A DNA stretch of 29,277 nt, taken from a virus. Lineage: Duplodnaviria > Heunggongvirae > Uroviricota > Caudoviricetes. The notes below the pieces were generated by a model. It did no database searches, was not told the origin of the DNA, and saw only the letters and a program-made list of their open reading frames with translations. The stretch lies in IMG/VR virus record IMGVR_UViG_2660238524_000011, one strand, 5' to 3'. How positions within the stretch are numbered: the stretch's first letter is position 1; each line of letters begins with the position of its first letter. Positions 1 to 8,353 of this stretch are shown here, piece after piece. The position numbers were made by a program, and so were the translations under genes.

Positions 1-390
1 TTACTCTTTTTTCTCCGTATCTGCATCGGGTTCATCAGCAAATAGCTTGCCCTGCATCCGATCCAGTTCTTCTTTTCTTACCCGCTTAACCACGCTGTAG
101 ACCCACTGAAGCGAAACACCAAATTTGCGGGCCAGTTCGTGGTGGTTGCGTCCGTTAAACTCCCTGAAGATTTCCCGGTCGCGCTGACTGACCTTCCATA
201 CCATGCCCATCGGGAAATAAACGTTTTGCCCGCCCCAGACCTGCATCATTCGGTTCGCGACGGCCTGACCAATCTGGTCGGCAACTTCGGGCTCAATATC
301 AATAATCTCGCGAACGGTCTCAGAGGTATGCTGTGCCAGTTCCACCAGGAGTTCCGGCCCCTTACTTCGAAACTGATTCAGGTCGCTCAT
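1..390 (-). CDS. mor: Mor-like middle-operon transcriptional activator (Mor/C family)
   Basis: 129 aa, the length I recall for Mu Mor; C-terminal HTH segment GRNHHELARKFGVSLQWVYSVVKRV typical of the Mor/C family. GGGAG RBS 8 nt upstream of ATG at 390. Last gene of the leftward early operon. Confidence 0.7.
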   Translation of the reverse strand: MSDLNQFRSKGPELLVELAQHTSETVREIIDIEPEVADQIGQAVANRMMQVWGGQNVYFPMGMVWKVSQRDREIFREFNGRNHHELARKFGVSLQWVYSVVKRVRKEELDRMQGKLFADEPDADTEKKE

Positions 391-811
391 GTTTGACTCC
401 CGCAGCTCTGCGCTGCCACTTCTTCAGTTTCTCAATAACACTGCTTGCCTGTTCAGTACTGAGCCAGCGCAGGGCGCTGATGCCCGTTTCCCGCTTGATC
501 CACCTCGCTAATGCATTTTCTGAACGGTCACGAACAATGCCGGCAGCAGCCATTTCAAGCCATAGCGCACGAATTTTCCTGGACTGCGGATGGTTATCAA
601 GCGGTAAACCGGAGCTGGCTTTTCTGGCTGGTTTAACGCGAAAGCCTTTCTTTTTCATGGATTCCAGCACGCAGTTTAGTTGTGTGGTATCCATTCCTTT
701 GGTTGAGGCTTTACCGGTCAGCCCCTGTAACATCTGGCGGTAGGTGTCTTCATCCATACCCAGTTCATTACGGGCAATATGGATAAGCTGTATCAGGCGT
801 TTTTTCTGCAT
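362..811 (-). CDS. GemA/gp16-like Mu prophage regulatory protein (DUF1018-like)
   Basis: 149 aa; resembles Mu-like prophage gp16/GemA family from memory. AAGGAG RBS upstream of ATG at 811. 3' end overlaps the mor start by 29 nt. Confidence 0.55.
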   Translation of the reverse strand: MQKKRLIQLIHIARNELGMDEDTYRQMLQGLTGKASTKGMDTTQLNCVLESMKKKGFRVKPARKASSGLPLDNHPQSRKIRALWLEMAAAGIVRDRSENALARWIKRETGISALRWLSTEQASSVIEKLKKWQRRAAGVKHERPESVSK

Positions 812-812
812 A

Positions 813-1019
813 TCATCTCCTTTTTTTCAGTCTGTCGGCAACAATGTCGGTTGCAGCTGGCAGGGTGACTGGCCAGAACAACATGACGGCGGTCATGTAC
901 AGGATGTAATGCGCGGTGTCGTAGTGCCTGCCATAGCCCAGGGAACGATGAAGTCTTGCGCTGCATGATCCTGCGTACATATACCAGAAAAGAAAACAGA
1001 CAATGGTTTCAGTAGTCAT
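813..1019 (-). CDS. small hydrophobic membrane protein (hypothetical)
   Basis: Track ORF 813..1175 trimmed to the internal ATG at 1019, which has a GGAGG RBS 7 nt upstream. Product begins MTTETIVCFLFWYMYAG, predicted transmembrane. Confidence 0.4.
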   Translation of the reverse strand: MTTETIVCFLFWYMYAGSCSARLHRSLGYGRHYDTAHYILYMTAVMLFWPVTLPAATDIVADRLKKRR

Positions 1020-1239
1020 TCTGAATACCTCCCCATTCGATATGAATATTACGGGCAGCAATGACAGGGTCGTTATTCCACCATGCACCTGACATGTATT
1101 TTTCAACCTGTTCGCGTCCGGCAATAACACCAATTGTGATCCCCGGCCTGACGTTCTTAAAAAAGGCGCGGGCAAAAAGGTATCTGGCAGATATTCGGCA
1201 GGCTTTTAATTTCCGGCTTTTACCTGATAGCGTAATCAT
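1009..1239 (-). CDS. hypothetical early protein (76 aa)
   Basis: GGAGG RBS upstream of ATG at 1239. Start overlaps the stop of the upstream gene (ATGA coupling); its stop overlaps the next start. Confidence 0.4.
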   Translation of the reverse strand: MITLSGKSRKLKACRISARYLFARAFFKNVRPGITIGVIAGREQVEKYMSGAWWNNDPVIAARNIHIEWGGIQNDY

Positions 1240-1919
1240 CTGGCCTCCAGTTTCTGTTGTTCCTGCCCACTGACCGGGCGGTGCAGTCTGACGTTCTGCC
1301 CTTCACGAAACCCCGCATAGCGCGAGGCGTCGCCATTGCGGCTTCTTCCCGGTTTACGCGCCCTGGTGGTTTGCGTCTGCGGGTATTTATGTTCCAGCCA
1401 CTGCTGCATCAGTTCACGCTCATCATCGGTCAGGGCAAAGGACTGTATTTCACTGATAACGGCCAGCACCCAGCCTTCGGCAAACTGGTCTCCACGGCTG
1501 GTGCGGGTGGCGGTTTTTATTCTTTTGTTCTGTGCACTGATATACTGCTGACGCGCCTTTTTCAGCTGACGGGCCAGCACTTCCCAGGTGTATGCAGCCA
1601 GTGCCGCACGTTCCCGGTTGCCGTAGAACCCCACAGACGGATGCGTGCCGGGGTGAATGATGGAGTTAACACCAAATACCTCGCGGATGATGTTCATCAG
1701 GCCCAGCATGTAGCGCGGTGGACGGAGACTGCCTGTCGGCCAGTAGTGACTGATGGTTTCATCAATATCACTCATAGCAATGTCGGAATGTGTGATGCCG
1801 TGAACATCCATCAGTTTACGGGCTCGGCGCAGTGCCAGAGCGGCCTCGTGCGGGTTGCCGGATGCGGCCAGCGCCAGCAACTTTTTCAGTTTCTCAATGT
1901 GTTTATTCTGGTCTGTCAT
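1236..1919 (-). CDS. DUF2786-like domain protein
   Basis: Motif LLALAASGNPHEAALALRRARKLMDVHGI matches my recollection of DUF2786. The ATG at 1919 has a GGAGA RBS and overlaps the upstream stop (ATGA); the track start at 1955 lacks an RBS. Confidence 0.5.
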   Translation of the reverse strand: MTDQNKHIEKLKKLLALAASGNPHEAALALRRARKLMDVHGITHSDIAMSDIDETISHYWPTGSLRPPRYMLGLMNIIREVFGVNSIIHPGTHPSVGFYGNRERAALAAYTWEVLARQLKKARQQYISAQNKRIKTATRTSRGDQFAEGWVLAVISEIQSFALTDDERELMQQWLEHKYPQTQTTRARKPGRSRNGDASRYAGFREGQNVRLHRPVSGQEQQKLEAR

Positions 1920-2131
1920 TGTTCTGTATCTCCGGTATTTTTCTGCCGTTTCCATGCCCGGACAGCGTCGGACAGCTCTTTCAGGCTGTATGCTGCTTTA
2001 AGCTTTTCCCATAACCACTGTGTTGTTATGTGCATCAGCAGGGCAGCCAGGGCTGCCCCCGCACTGAGGCATGTCGCCAGGCCAGTAAGAATCAGTGTCC
2101 ATGCGGTGATTTCCCTGAGTATGTCAGCCAT
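1916..2131 (-). CDS. small membrane protein (71 aa, hypothetical)
   Basis: GGGAGG RBS 6 nt upstream of ATG at 2131. Hydrophobic core ITAWTLILTGLATCLSAGAALAALL. Confidence 0.45.
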   Translation of the reverse strand: MADILREITAWTLILTGLATCLSAGAALAALLMHITTQWLWEKLKAAYSLKELSDAVRAWKRQKNTGDTEQ

Positions 2132-2145
2132 TGAATGCCTCCCGG

Positions 2146-2442
2146 TTACTCGTTCGTGTAAATCACGCCCAGTCGTGCAGCCAGACGTTCCAGTTTTTTC
2201 TGTTTGTGGAAGTCAATCAGCCGGTCCATCCCCTGAAGGCGCAGTTGCTCTGTCATGATTTCCACGTCTGCCAGCTCTGCCGCGAGGTCACTTTCGCTGC
2301 CCTGTCCGTTCAGGTTGCGGGCGGCACTGGCCGCCAGTTCAGCGGCCTCTTCTGCCAGTTTCAGGGCCTGTGCGTCCGGCCCGAAACGCTGCAGGGCCAG
2401 ACGGTAGAGGGCGGTGCGGGTGAGTTCGGTGTTTCGTGTCAT
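2146..2442 (-). CDS. hypothetical early protein (98 aa)
   Basis: Co-oriented and tightly spaced within the early operon; Ala/Leu-rich helical protein. Confidence 0.4.
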   Translation of the reverse strand: MTRNTELTRTALYRLALQRFGPDAQALKLAEEAAELAASAARNLNGQGSESDLAAELADVEIMTEQLRLQGMDRLIDFHKQKKLERLAARLGVIYTNE

Positions 2443-2451
2443 GCCGCGCCC

Positions 2452-2724
2452 TCAGTGCTTCCGGCTGACGGTGATGTGCAGGCCGCCTTCTGCAGTGGTT
2501 TCCATCCGGTACGGCACCTCATGCTCTGCCGTGTGGGTGAGTGTGTTCATCAGTACCTGCAGGGCAGCCTCCTTTCCGTTGGTCGCCACAATGGCCTGTG
2601 TGGCCATGCTGATTAGCGCCGTCAGGACGTGCTTCACATCGGTGAGGTCGCGGCATTCACACTCGTTGACATAGTGTTCAACAAGGGTTCGGGTGCGCTG
2701 TCGTGCTTCCTGTGGGGTAATCAT
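2452..2724 (-). CDS. hypothetical early protein (90 aa)
   Basis: Co-oriented and tightly spaced; start overlaps the stop of 2721..2915 (ATGA). Confidence 0.4.
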   Translation of the reverse strand: MITPQEARQRTRTLVEHYVNECECRDLTDVKHVLTALISMATQAIVATNGKEAALQVLMNTLTHTAEHEVPYRMETTAEGGLHITVSRKH

Positions 2725-2915
2725 TGCGAGTCCTCCCTGTCAGGGCGGGAGAATTCCATGACGGGCACGTCTGCCGAAAAATGCTGGCTGCAGTACGGGC
2801 AGACCAGGGTGACGCGTACCGCAGGGATGTGGTATTTACCGGACATCACGGCGATGGCGCTGTGAAAACGCAGGGCTGTTATATCCCTCTCGCACTGAAT
2901 ACATTTAAATATCAT
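2721..2915 (-). CDS. small zinc-ribbon protein (CxxC...CxxC)
   Basis: 64 aa with paired Cys motifs (CIQC ... CPYC). GAGGAG RBS upstream of ATG at 2915. Confidence 0.45.
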   Translation of the reverse strand: MIFKCIQCERDITALRFHSAIAVMSGKYHIPAVRVTLVCPYCSQHFSADVPVMEFSRPDREDSQ

Positions 2916-3012
2916 GATTTAATTCTCCTCTGTTTCCGGCGTGCAGAAGCCCGCGGCGCTGACGTCGGAATAAAAAAGAAAATGTTTTTATTAAATAATT
3001 AACGTGGTGTGT

Positions 3013-3543
3013 TTACTGCACATCCTGCTCAAAAGGAATTATTGAAAAATCCTCAATGTCGCTTTTAATGGAAATACCGGGAATATTTTTCACGGCCTCT
3101 TTTTCATTCAGGATAGCGTCTTTATTTATTTCCTCTTTTACACGAATAAAGCGCTCAAGCCCCAGACGTCTCAGTAATTCAATAACATTATCCGCCCCAC
3201 GGATACTGACTGATGGCGGACGGTTTCGCCACTGCACCTCGCCGGTGGTGAGGTTAGCGAACTTCACCTTCCCGTTGCCGGTCAGTTCATCACGGTGTGC
3301 CTCACACCATGTCTGAATACCGGACTGCAGTTCGGCCATGCGTTTTTTCAGGCTCTCGGTGAGCGGGGCATAACGTGCGGTGATATCGCCAATGGCGTCA
3401 TTCATTTCTGTTTCAGCCCTGACCAGTTCACGTTGTGCGTCACCGAGTAGTCTGATTCCCTCAATGACCTCTTCACGTGTCCCCGGCACCCAGAGTGCTG
3501 CTGCGGCCTTGATACGTTTTGCACCTTTTGTACTTTTTGCCAT
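3013..3543 (-). CDS. gam: Gam-like host-nuclease inhibitor (Mu Gam/Ku-like DNA end-binding protein)
   Basis: 176 aa; N-terminus MAKSTKGAKRIKAAAA and C-terminus GISIKSDIEDFSIIPFEQ closely resemble Mu Gam as I recall it. Confidence 0.8.
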   Translation of the reverse strand: MAKSTKGAKRIKAAAALWVPGTREEVIEGIRLLGDAQRELVRAETEMNDAIGDITARYAPLTESLKKRMAELQSGIQTWCEAHRDELTGNGKVKFANLTTGEVQWRNRPPSVSIRGADNVIELLRRLGLERFIRVKEEINKDAILNEKEAVKNIPGISIKSDIEDFSIIPFEQDVQ

Positions 3544-3570
3544 TTTTTATGATTTCTCCAGTTGTGCTGA

Positions 3571-3840
3571 TTACCACAAAGATTCCGGCCACACGACGCG
3601 ACAGCCGTGCAGTTCGAAAACGCCCTGACGGAAATATCCCCTGTGGTCATGTCCGGTATACAGATAACAGGCCTTTCCCTGCTCAAGCATGCGCATGCAA
3701 TGCGCACTCCGGGAAACGCGGATGACAGGTTTGTTACCCCTGATGGTGATGCTTTGTACATCCGTGTTCGTCGCCTTAAGCGCCATAATGGCTGACTGCA
3801 CTTTGCTGATTTGCTGGTTGATACCTGTGGTGGATTTCAT
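3571..3840 (-). CDS. hypothetical early protein at the position of Mu kil (89 aa)
   Basis: Start lies 2 nt past the B-like stop (TAATAATG context). Function assigned by position only. Confidence 0.35.
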   Translation of the reverse strand: MKSTTGINQQISKVQSAIMALKATNTDVQSITIRGNKPVIRVSRSAHCMRMLEQGKACYLYTGHDHRGYFRQGVFELHGCRVVWPESLW

Positions 3841-3842
3841 TA

Positions 3843-5009
3843 TTAAACCCCTTTGACAACGTCAGCGTTGACCTGTGGAACCCCGATTTCAGCGGCCAGA
3901 TTCATGGCGGCTATTACCAGGTTACTGACGGCCAGCGGATACAGCAGGCTGACCATATTTTTACGGTGACTTCCCGGATTGCTCAGGCGGGCACGTATGG
4001 CATCCACTGCACCGGCGTCCATAATGTCCGTCAGCTGTTTACCGGCCCGTTGCAGTTTGAACGTCAGAAATTCTTCAAGGTTATTGTCCAGAGGCAGAAG
4101 TTCGACCACCTCACAGCGCTGAACGACTTCACGGACTTCCATATTGCGTTCAGACAGTTTTGTCGCCAGTTCCGGCTGGCCAATCAGCACGATGGACAGC
4201 AGTTTTTTGAAACCGGACTCCAGCTCAAAAAAGCGTTTGAGGTGTTTCAGTGTCGGAATGGGCAGACTGTGGGCCTCCTCAATCACCAGAACGTGGCTGA
4301 ACCCCGCCTGGCTGCTGTCTTTCAGGACGCGATGCAACTGGCGAAAACGGGCGTCCTGACTGCGTCTGATGCTTTCCAGTGGTGCGATGGTACTGATAAT
4401 GGCTTCGGCAATAGCTGCTGCCTTCAGGGTTTTCCCTTTCACATCGTTGTCTTCCATAGCGATGATGTATGGCTCGATAACAATTACCGGCGCATTCTCG
4501 CGGTTGATACGTTCAGTCAGGTCGCGGCGCAGCGTGGATTTACCCGCACCGGACTCACCGATGACGGCCATAAACCCACCATGACGGGCTGTCTGGTACA
4601 GCGCCTCACGCACGTAGCGAATGTCCGGGGTGGTGAACACATCATCAGAACCCTGCATGGCTTCGTCGGCGAACGGGTCACGGAAAAGACCAAACGCTTT
4701 TTTGGTTGCTGGAAATAACACCTGTTTTTTGAGTAACATATTCTCTTCCTCACTGAGGCTCGTTTTATCTGTGGTACCCGCTGTACGGGGCGTGGCCGCG
4801 CCCTGTACAGCATCAAAACTCTTCGTTGTATCAATCCCCTGACTTTCCAGCCAGGACGCAAGACGCCGGCGCACTTCTCCGGGGCTGGTGCGGGGCCACG
4901 CGTTATGATTCACAATCTGGGCCAGCGTGGCCTCAGAAACATCGACAGCTCTCGCCACCACCGCCTGTGGAATACGGGCCTCTTTCAGTTGCTGCTTCAG
5001 TACCAGCAT
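3843..5009 (-). CDS. transposition helper ATPase (MuB-like, AAA+ P-loop)
   Basis: Walker A VIGESGAGKST; located immediately downstream of the transposase. GAGGAGG RBS 5 nt upstream of ATG at 5009; the track start at 5048 would overlap the A gene by 29 nt. Confidence 0.7.
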   Translation of the reverse strand: MLVLKQQLKEARIPQAVVARAVDVSEATLAQIVNHNAWPRTSPGEVRRRLASWLESQGIDTTKSFDAVQGAATPRTAGTTDKTSLSEEENMLLKKQVLFPATKKAFGLFRDPFADEAMQGSDDVFTTPDIRYVREALYQTARHGGFMAVIGESGAGKSTLRRDLTERINRENAPVIVIEPYIIAMEDNDVKGKTLKAAAIAEAIISTIAPLESIRRSQDARFRQLHRVLKDSSQAGFSHVLVIEEAHSLPIPTLKHLKRFFELESGFKKLLSIVLIGQPELATKLSERNMEVREVVQRCEVVELLPLDNNLEEFLTFKLQRAGKQLTDIMDAGAVDAIRARLSNPGSHRKNMVSLLYPLAVSNLVIAAMNLAAEIGVPQVNADVVKGV

Positions 5010-5019
5010 GTTTCCCTCC

Positions 5020-6789
5020 TCAGTTGCCGTTAACAATGCTGATAACACTGCTGCGGGCCGGTGTGGTCAGCGTGGCCATGACTTCATCCAGTGCGGCTTC
5101 CGGTACGCCGTCCGGGTACTGTGCCGTTAACTGGCGGTAATGTTCCGGCGTCCAGGTAAGGCCGTCGGCGCTGAACTTATCGCGCAGGGCTTTCGCGGCC
5201 TCCACATGAGTCATGGGACGTTGTTCAGTGCGCGGCCCGCGTACGTCAGAGGCCTGACCACGCTTCGGCATATAGGCCGGAAGTGTGGTGTCGTCGATAT
5301 GTTTATACGGGTCAAGCCGCCCGCCGAACGGCAGCGCCTTCGCCTTGCGTGCGGCGGCTGCATCTGCGGCGTTGTCTGTACCGGTAACCAGCGCTTCGGT
5401 TTCTTTTGCCGCCATCTGTGCCGGGGTTTCCGGCAGGGCTTTGTAACTTTCGCCAAATACCGCCGCGCCTTCAGCAAAGCCAAACTCGTTCTTTCTGACC
5501 TCTTCGACCAGGAAGAACGTCTCGTGGCCGTCCTCACCGGTCAGAACCACCTGTGCCACATCGCTGCGCCATGGGTTACGGGTAATCATCAGTTTTTCAC
5601 CAACCAGTACGCCCGGTACCGTTGATACGTCAAATTCAGTGCCCCGGAACGAGACACGAAGTTTTGGCGTGACTTTGCGGAGTTCTGGTGCCGCCACAGC
5701 CAGTTCACGACATACCTCAACGGAAGGCGCTTTTTTCAGCTGCTCAGCAGTAATCTTCAGCCAGATATCCGTGCGGGTTTTACCGTGGCGGCTGTGAACA
5801 GCCGTGGCGTTAAAGTGGCTGCGCCATTTCGCGGCCAGCGCGTTGAGTTCTTCCAGACTGTGAACCGGCCGGAACTTCAGACCCGGCTCCAGCTTGCGTT
5901 CGATAATGTCACGCGCCTTTTCCACCTGTCCGGTGGCGCGGGCGTTATGCGGCTTGTGCGCTATCAGGTCGATGCCCAGTGAGCGGCACATGTTTTTCGT
6001 CATACCCGCGGTGTTTGCCGAGCCGGGGTCGAGATAGAGTATTTTCGGCACGCCGTGCAGCACGTCTGCGCCGCCACGCTCCTGCATGGCGTTGATAAGC
6101 ACAGAACACAGGTTCTCACCTGATTCCGCGCCCGTCACATACTCAACGTAAATCCAGCCGCTGGCATGGTCGGTAATCTCGTAACTCCACACGCGGTCAC
6201 TGGCGATACGGGCAAGGTTAGCGGGCTTGTTCTTGTAGAACTTCGCGCTGTCCATCACCTGCAGCCCTTTATGTCCATTGCTCAGGTAGTAAAGCGTGCA
6301 GAGTGAGGCGTCAATCTGCCAGACATGATTGGGATGCAGACTGGCCACTTCGGTATGTGGTGCAGGGGCATCCAGTTGTTCCGGGTGCAGGCCATAGTTA
6401 CGCAGAGCACGGCTGATGGCATCTTCAGACAACGGGAAAAACTCACTGGTGGTTTCATCTGTTCTGCCTGCGGTGATAAAGCCGTTAGCCCGCAGGGTTT
6501 CCACTGCATCTGCGATGGAATAGAGACGCTTACCGTTCTTGCGGGTGGCCTCACGCAGTGTGGCAGATATCAGCGCGGCTTCGTCGCGGGTCAGGGCGCT
6601 GCGCCCGGCATCGGCGCGTTTTTTGCGTTTATCAGTCACAGATACCTCCTTCAGCCTGCGCAGCAGAGTGGCGCGGGACATGCCAAGTTCAGCACAGGCA
6701 GCGTCGTATATTGCACCGCGTTTACCATGCCCCGCGTCACGTGCCGCGCGGGCGACATAAACCAGTCGTTCAGTCAGGGCAGCATTCAT
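5020..6789 (-). CDS. DDE transposase (Mu A-like, RNase H-fold integrase core)
   Basis: 589 aa with N-terminal HTH region and candidate DDE residues in HVWQIDAS, LYLDPGSANT and HNARATGQVE. Confidence 0.8.
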   Translation of the reverse strand: MNAALTERLVYVARAARDAGHGKRGAIYDAACAELGMSRATLLRRLKEVSVTDKRKKRADAGRSALTRDEAALISATLREATRKNGKRLYSIADAVETLRANGFITAGRTDETTSEFFPLSEDAISRALRNYGLHPEQLDAPAPHTEVASLHPNHVWQIDASLCTLYYLSNGHKGLQVMDSAKFYKNKPANLARIASDRVWSYEITDHASGWIYVEYVTGAESGENLCSVLINAMQERGGADVLHGVPKILYLDPGSANTAGMTKNMCRSLGIDLIAHKPHNARATGQVEKARDIIERKLEPGLKFRPVHSLEELNALAAKWRSHFNATAVHSRHGKTRTDIWLKITAEQLKKAPSVEVCRELAVAAPELRKVTPKLRVSFRGTEFDVSTVPGVLVGEKLMITRNPWRSDVAQVVLTGEDGHETFFLVEEVRKNEFGFAEGAAVFGESYKALPETPAQMAAKETEALVTGTDNAADAAAARKAKALPFGGRLDPYKHIDDTTLPAYMPKRGQASDVRGPRTEQRPMTHVEAAKALRDKFSADGLTWTPEHYRQLTAQYPDGVPEAALDEVMATLTTPARSSVISIVNGN

Positions 6790-6792
6790 TGG

Positions 6793-7707
6793 TTATGCCT
6801 CCAGCCCGTTAATCTGTGGCGTCGGCTCAGTCAGCCATGAAGGCGCTGCATTGCCTGTTGGCTCGTCCGGCAGGTCAAATGTGGAGCGCAGGCTACGCGC
6901 TGTGCTTTCCAGTTGACAGACCAGGCCTGCCATGAAGTCTCTGGGGGTATCAATCATGTTTTCAGCACAATATGCGCACAGCGTCTCAAAAGCGCTGGAC
7001 AGTCGGACGGCGATAGCAGATTCCGCCTCAACCGCTAATGCTGTTACTTCCGCCCGCAGCTTCTTAACCTCCTCATCAGGCTCAGGCGGCTGAATACGGG
7101 ATTTCTTCTCCAGTCTGGTGGAGAGTGAATCTATTTTTTCATTTTTGTCGGCGAGTACGCGCTGTTGTGCTGCGTTGGTTTCGCGCGCTTCGCGCAGGGC
7201 CTGACGCAATTCACGTACTGACATGCGATCAACGTCGTCAAGCGTCAGGCCGGCAACTGTGCCGCCGTCGGCCAATTCATCAAGTTCTTCATTATCCAGA
7301 ACCATCAGGTCGTACAGTTTGGCTTTCCCCAAAACGCTCAACGTTGAGCGTTTTGTTGGCTCATCACCTTCTCCCAAAAACTTCATACTGGCTTGCATCA
7401 TGCGGCGAGCAACTTGTGGTGCAAGTCCGAGTTCATTTTCTAAAATGTTTGTAAAATCACCGTGTGGCTCATTTTCTTTTAAGATGATCAGCCGCTTACC
7501 CGCTTCCAGCATAGATTCAGCACTCTGCGCCATATAAAAACGTGCTTCGTGAACAATGCGATCACGTTCATAAGGCAGTCCATCACCAAACTGCTGCATA
7601 ATTTCCATGCGATGCTGTGTCATAGCGTTCAAATTGACATTGATGTTATCTGACAGCGGAACCTCAACATTCAGTTCAGTGTTAACGGGTGATTTGGTGC
7701 GTCCCAT
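6793..7707 (-). CDS. conserved Mu-like early protein (304 aa, coiled-coil; copy 1)
   Basis: Immediately upstream of the A gene; paralog at 11101..12021 (about 85% identity by eye). Acidic and coiled-coil rich. Confidence 0.55.
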   Translation of the reverse strand: MGRTKSPVNTELNVEVPLSDNINVNLNAMTQHRMEIMQQFGDGLPYERDRIVHEARFYMAQSAESMLEAGKRLIILKENEPHGDFTNILENELGLAPQVARRMMQASMKFLGEGDEPTKRSTLSVLGKAKLYDLMVLDNEELDELADGGTVAGLTLDDVDRMSVRELRQALREARETNAAQQRVLADKNEKIDSLSTRLEKKSRIQPPEPDEEVKKLRAEVTALAVEAESAIAVRLSSAFETLCAYCAENMIDTPRDFMAGLVCQLESTARSLRSTFDLPDEPTGNAAPSWLTEPTPQINGLEA

Positions 7708-7717
7708 TGATTACTCC

Positions 7718-8026
7718 TTACAAACGACTACCTGAAATAACTCGTTGGTTGATTTCGTTAATACGATCCTGTGCACGCGCCATCTCGTGACTGTGAGCCA
7801 TGGCGATCTGTAGTAACTGGATTCCCGGTGCGAAACGTCCGTTCTCTAATTTCATGGCCAGTCCCTCTTCAATAAGGGTATTAAGTGCTCGATTGATATT
7901 CGCCGGGGACTCCCCCAGGGCTGATGCCAGTTCACCGTTAGAAACACCGTTCAGAGCATGACCGCGTAGAGCTTTGAGTACACGTAGGATGCGGGTCCCA
8001 GAACTGGAAATATTTACTTTACTCAT
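7718..8026 (-). CDS. winged-helix HTH DNA-binding protein (copy 1)
   Basis: Track ORF 7718..8089 trimmed to the ATG at 8026 (MSKVNISSSGTRILRVLKALRGH) by analogy with copy 2. HTH-like segment NGELASALGESPANINRALNTLIEEG. Confidence 0.5.
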   Translation of the reverse strand: MSKVNISSSGTRILRVLKALRGHALNGVSNGELASALGESPANINRALNTLIEEGLAMKLENGRFAPGIQLLQIAMAHSHEMARAQDRINEINQRVISGSRL

Positions 8027-8078
8027 GTCACATTTCCATTTTTGCAATATGTGATAACCTGTTGCATATGTGGAAAAT

Positions 8079-8267
8079 TTATGCCGCATTTGACGTGGGT
8101 TTTAATCCCAGTTTTACGGCAATTTCATGGGCTTTGCCGTAACGAGCTTTGGTCTGTCCATTGAGAACACGATAGACCTCATTGCGGCTGTAGCCGTGTT
8201 CTTCGGCCCAGCGGGTAAACGTGATACCACGCTGACGGAAGAGATTTTTAACTTGTTCGGAAGTCAT
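8079..8267 (-). CDS. Ner-like small DNA-binding regulator (first gene of early operon, copy 1)
   Basis: 62 aa with HTH segment GITFTRWAEEHGYSRNEVYRVLNG. Divergent from the repressor gene and first gene of the leftward operon. Confidence 0.55.
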   Translation of the reverse strand: MTSEQVKNLFRQRGITFTRWAEEHGYSRNEVYRVLNGQTKARYGKAHEIAVKLGLKPTSNAA

Positions 8268-8353
8268 TGTTGTCTCCTTTGTTGATGCAATGATGTTTGT
8301 TTTATATGTGATAGATTATGAGAACTATTGTTCTCATTGTCAATGAGGTTTAT
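8268..8353. promoter_or_regulatory. divergent promoter/operator region 1, with palindrome ATGAGAAC-N4-GTTCTCAT at 8318-8337
   Basis: Perfect 8-bp inverted repeat with 4-bp spacer read directly from the sequence, between divergent Ner-like and repressor genes. TTGATG at 8282-8287 is a possible -35 element. Confidence 0.5.

Noticed and set aside
1257-2258. 333-aa plus-strand ORF
   Set aside because: Runs antisense across several well-supported, translationally coupled minus-strand early genes and has no RBS; a shadow ORF.
2933-2970. Imperfect inverted repeat TTCCGGCG ... CGTCGGAA between gam and the zinc-ribbon gene
   Set aside because: No U-tract follows the hairpin on either strand, so not a convincing terminator; kept only as a possible regulatory structure.
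3402-3761. 119-aa minus-strand ORF overlapping the kil-position gene
   Set aside because: Overlaps both 3571..3840 and gam in another frame; lacks the coupling context that 3571..3840 has.
3966-4718. 250-aa plus-strand ORF
   Set aside because: Antisense to the AAA+ B-like gene, which has a clear Walker A motif; a shadow ORF.
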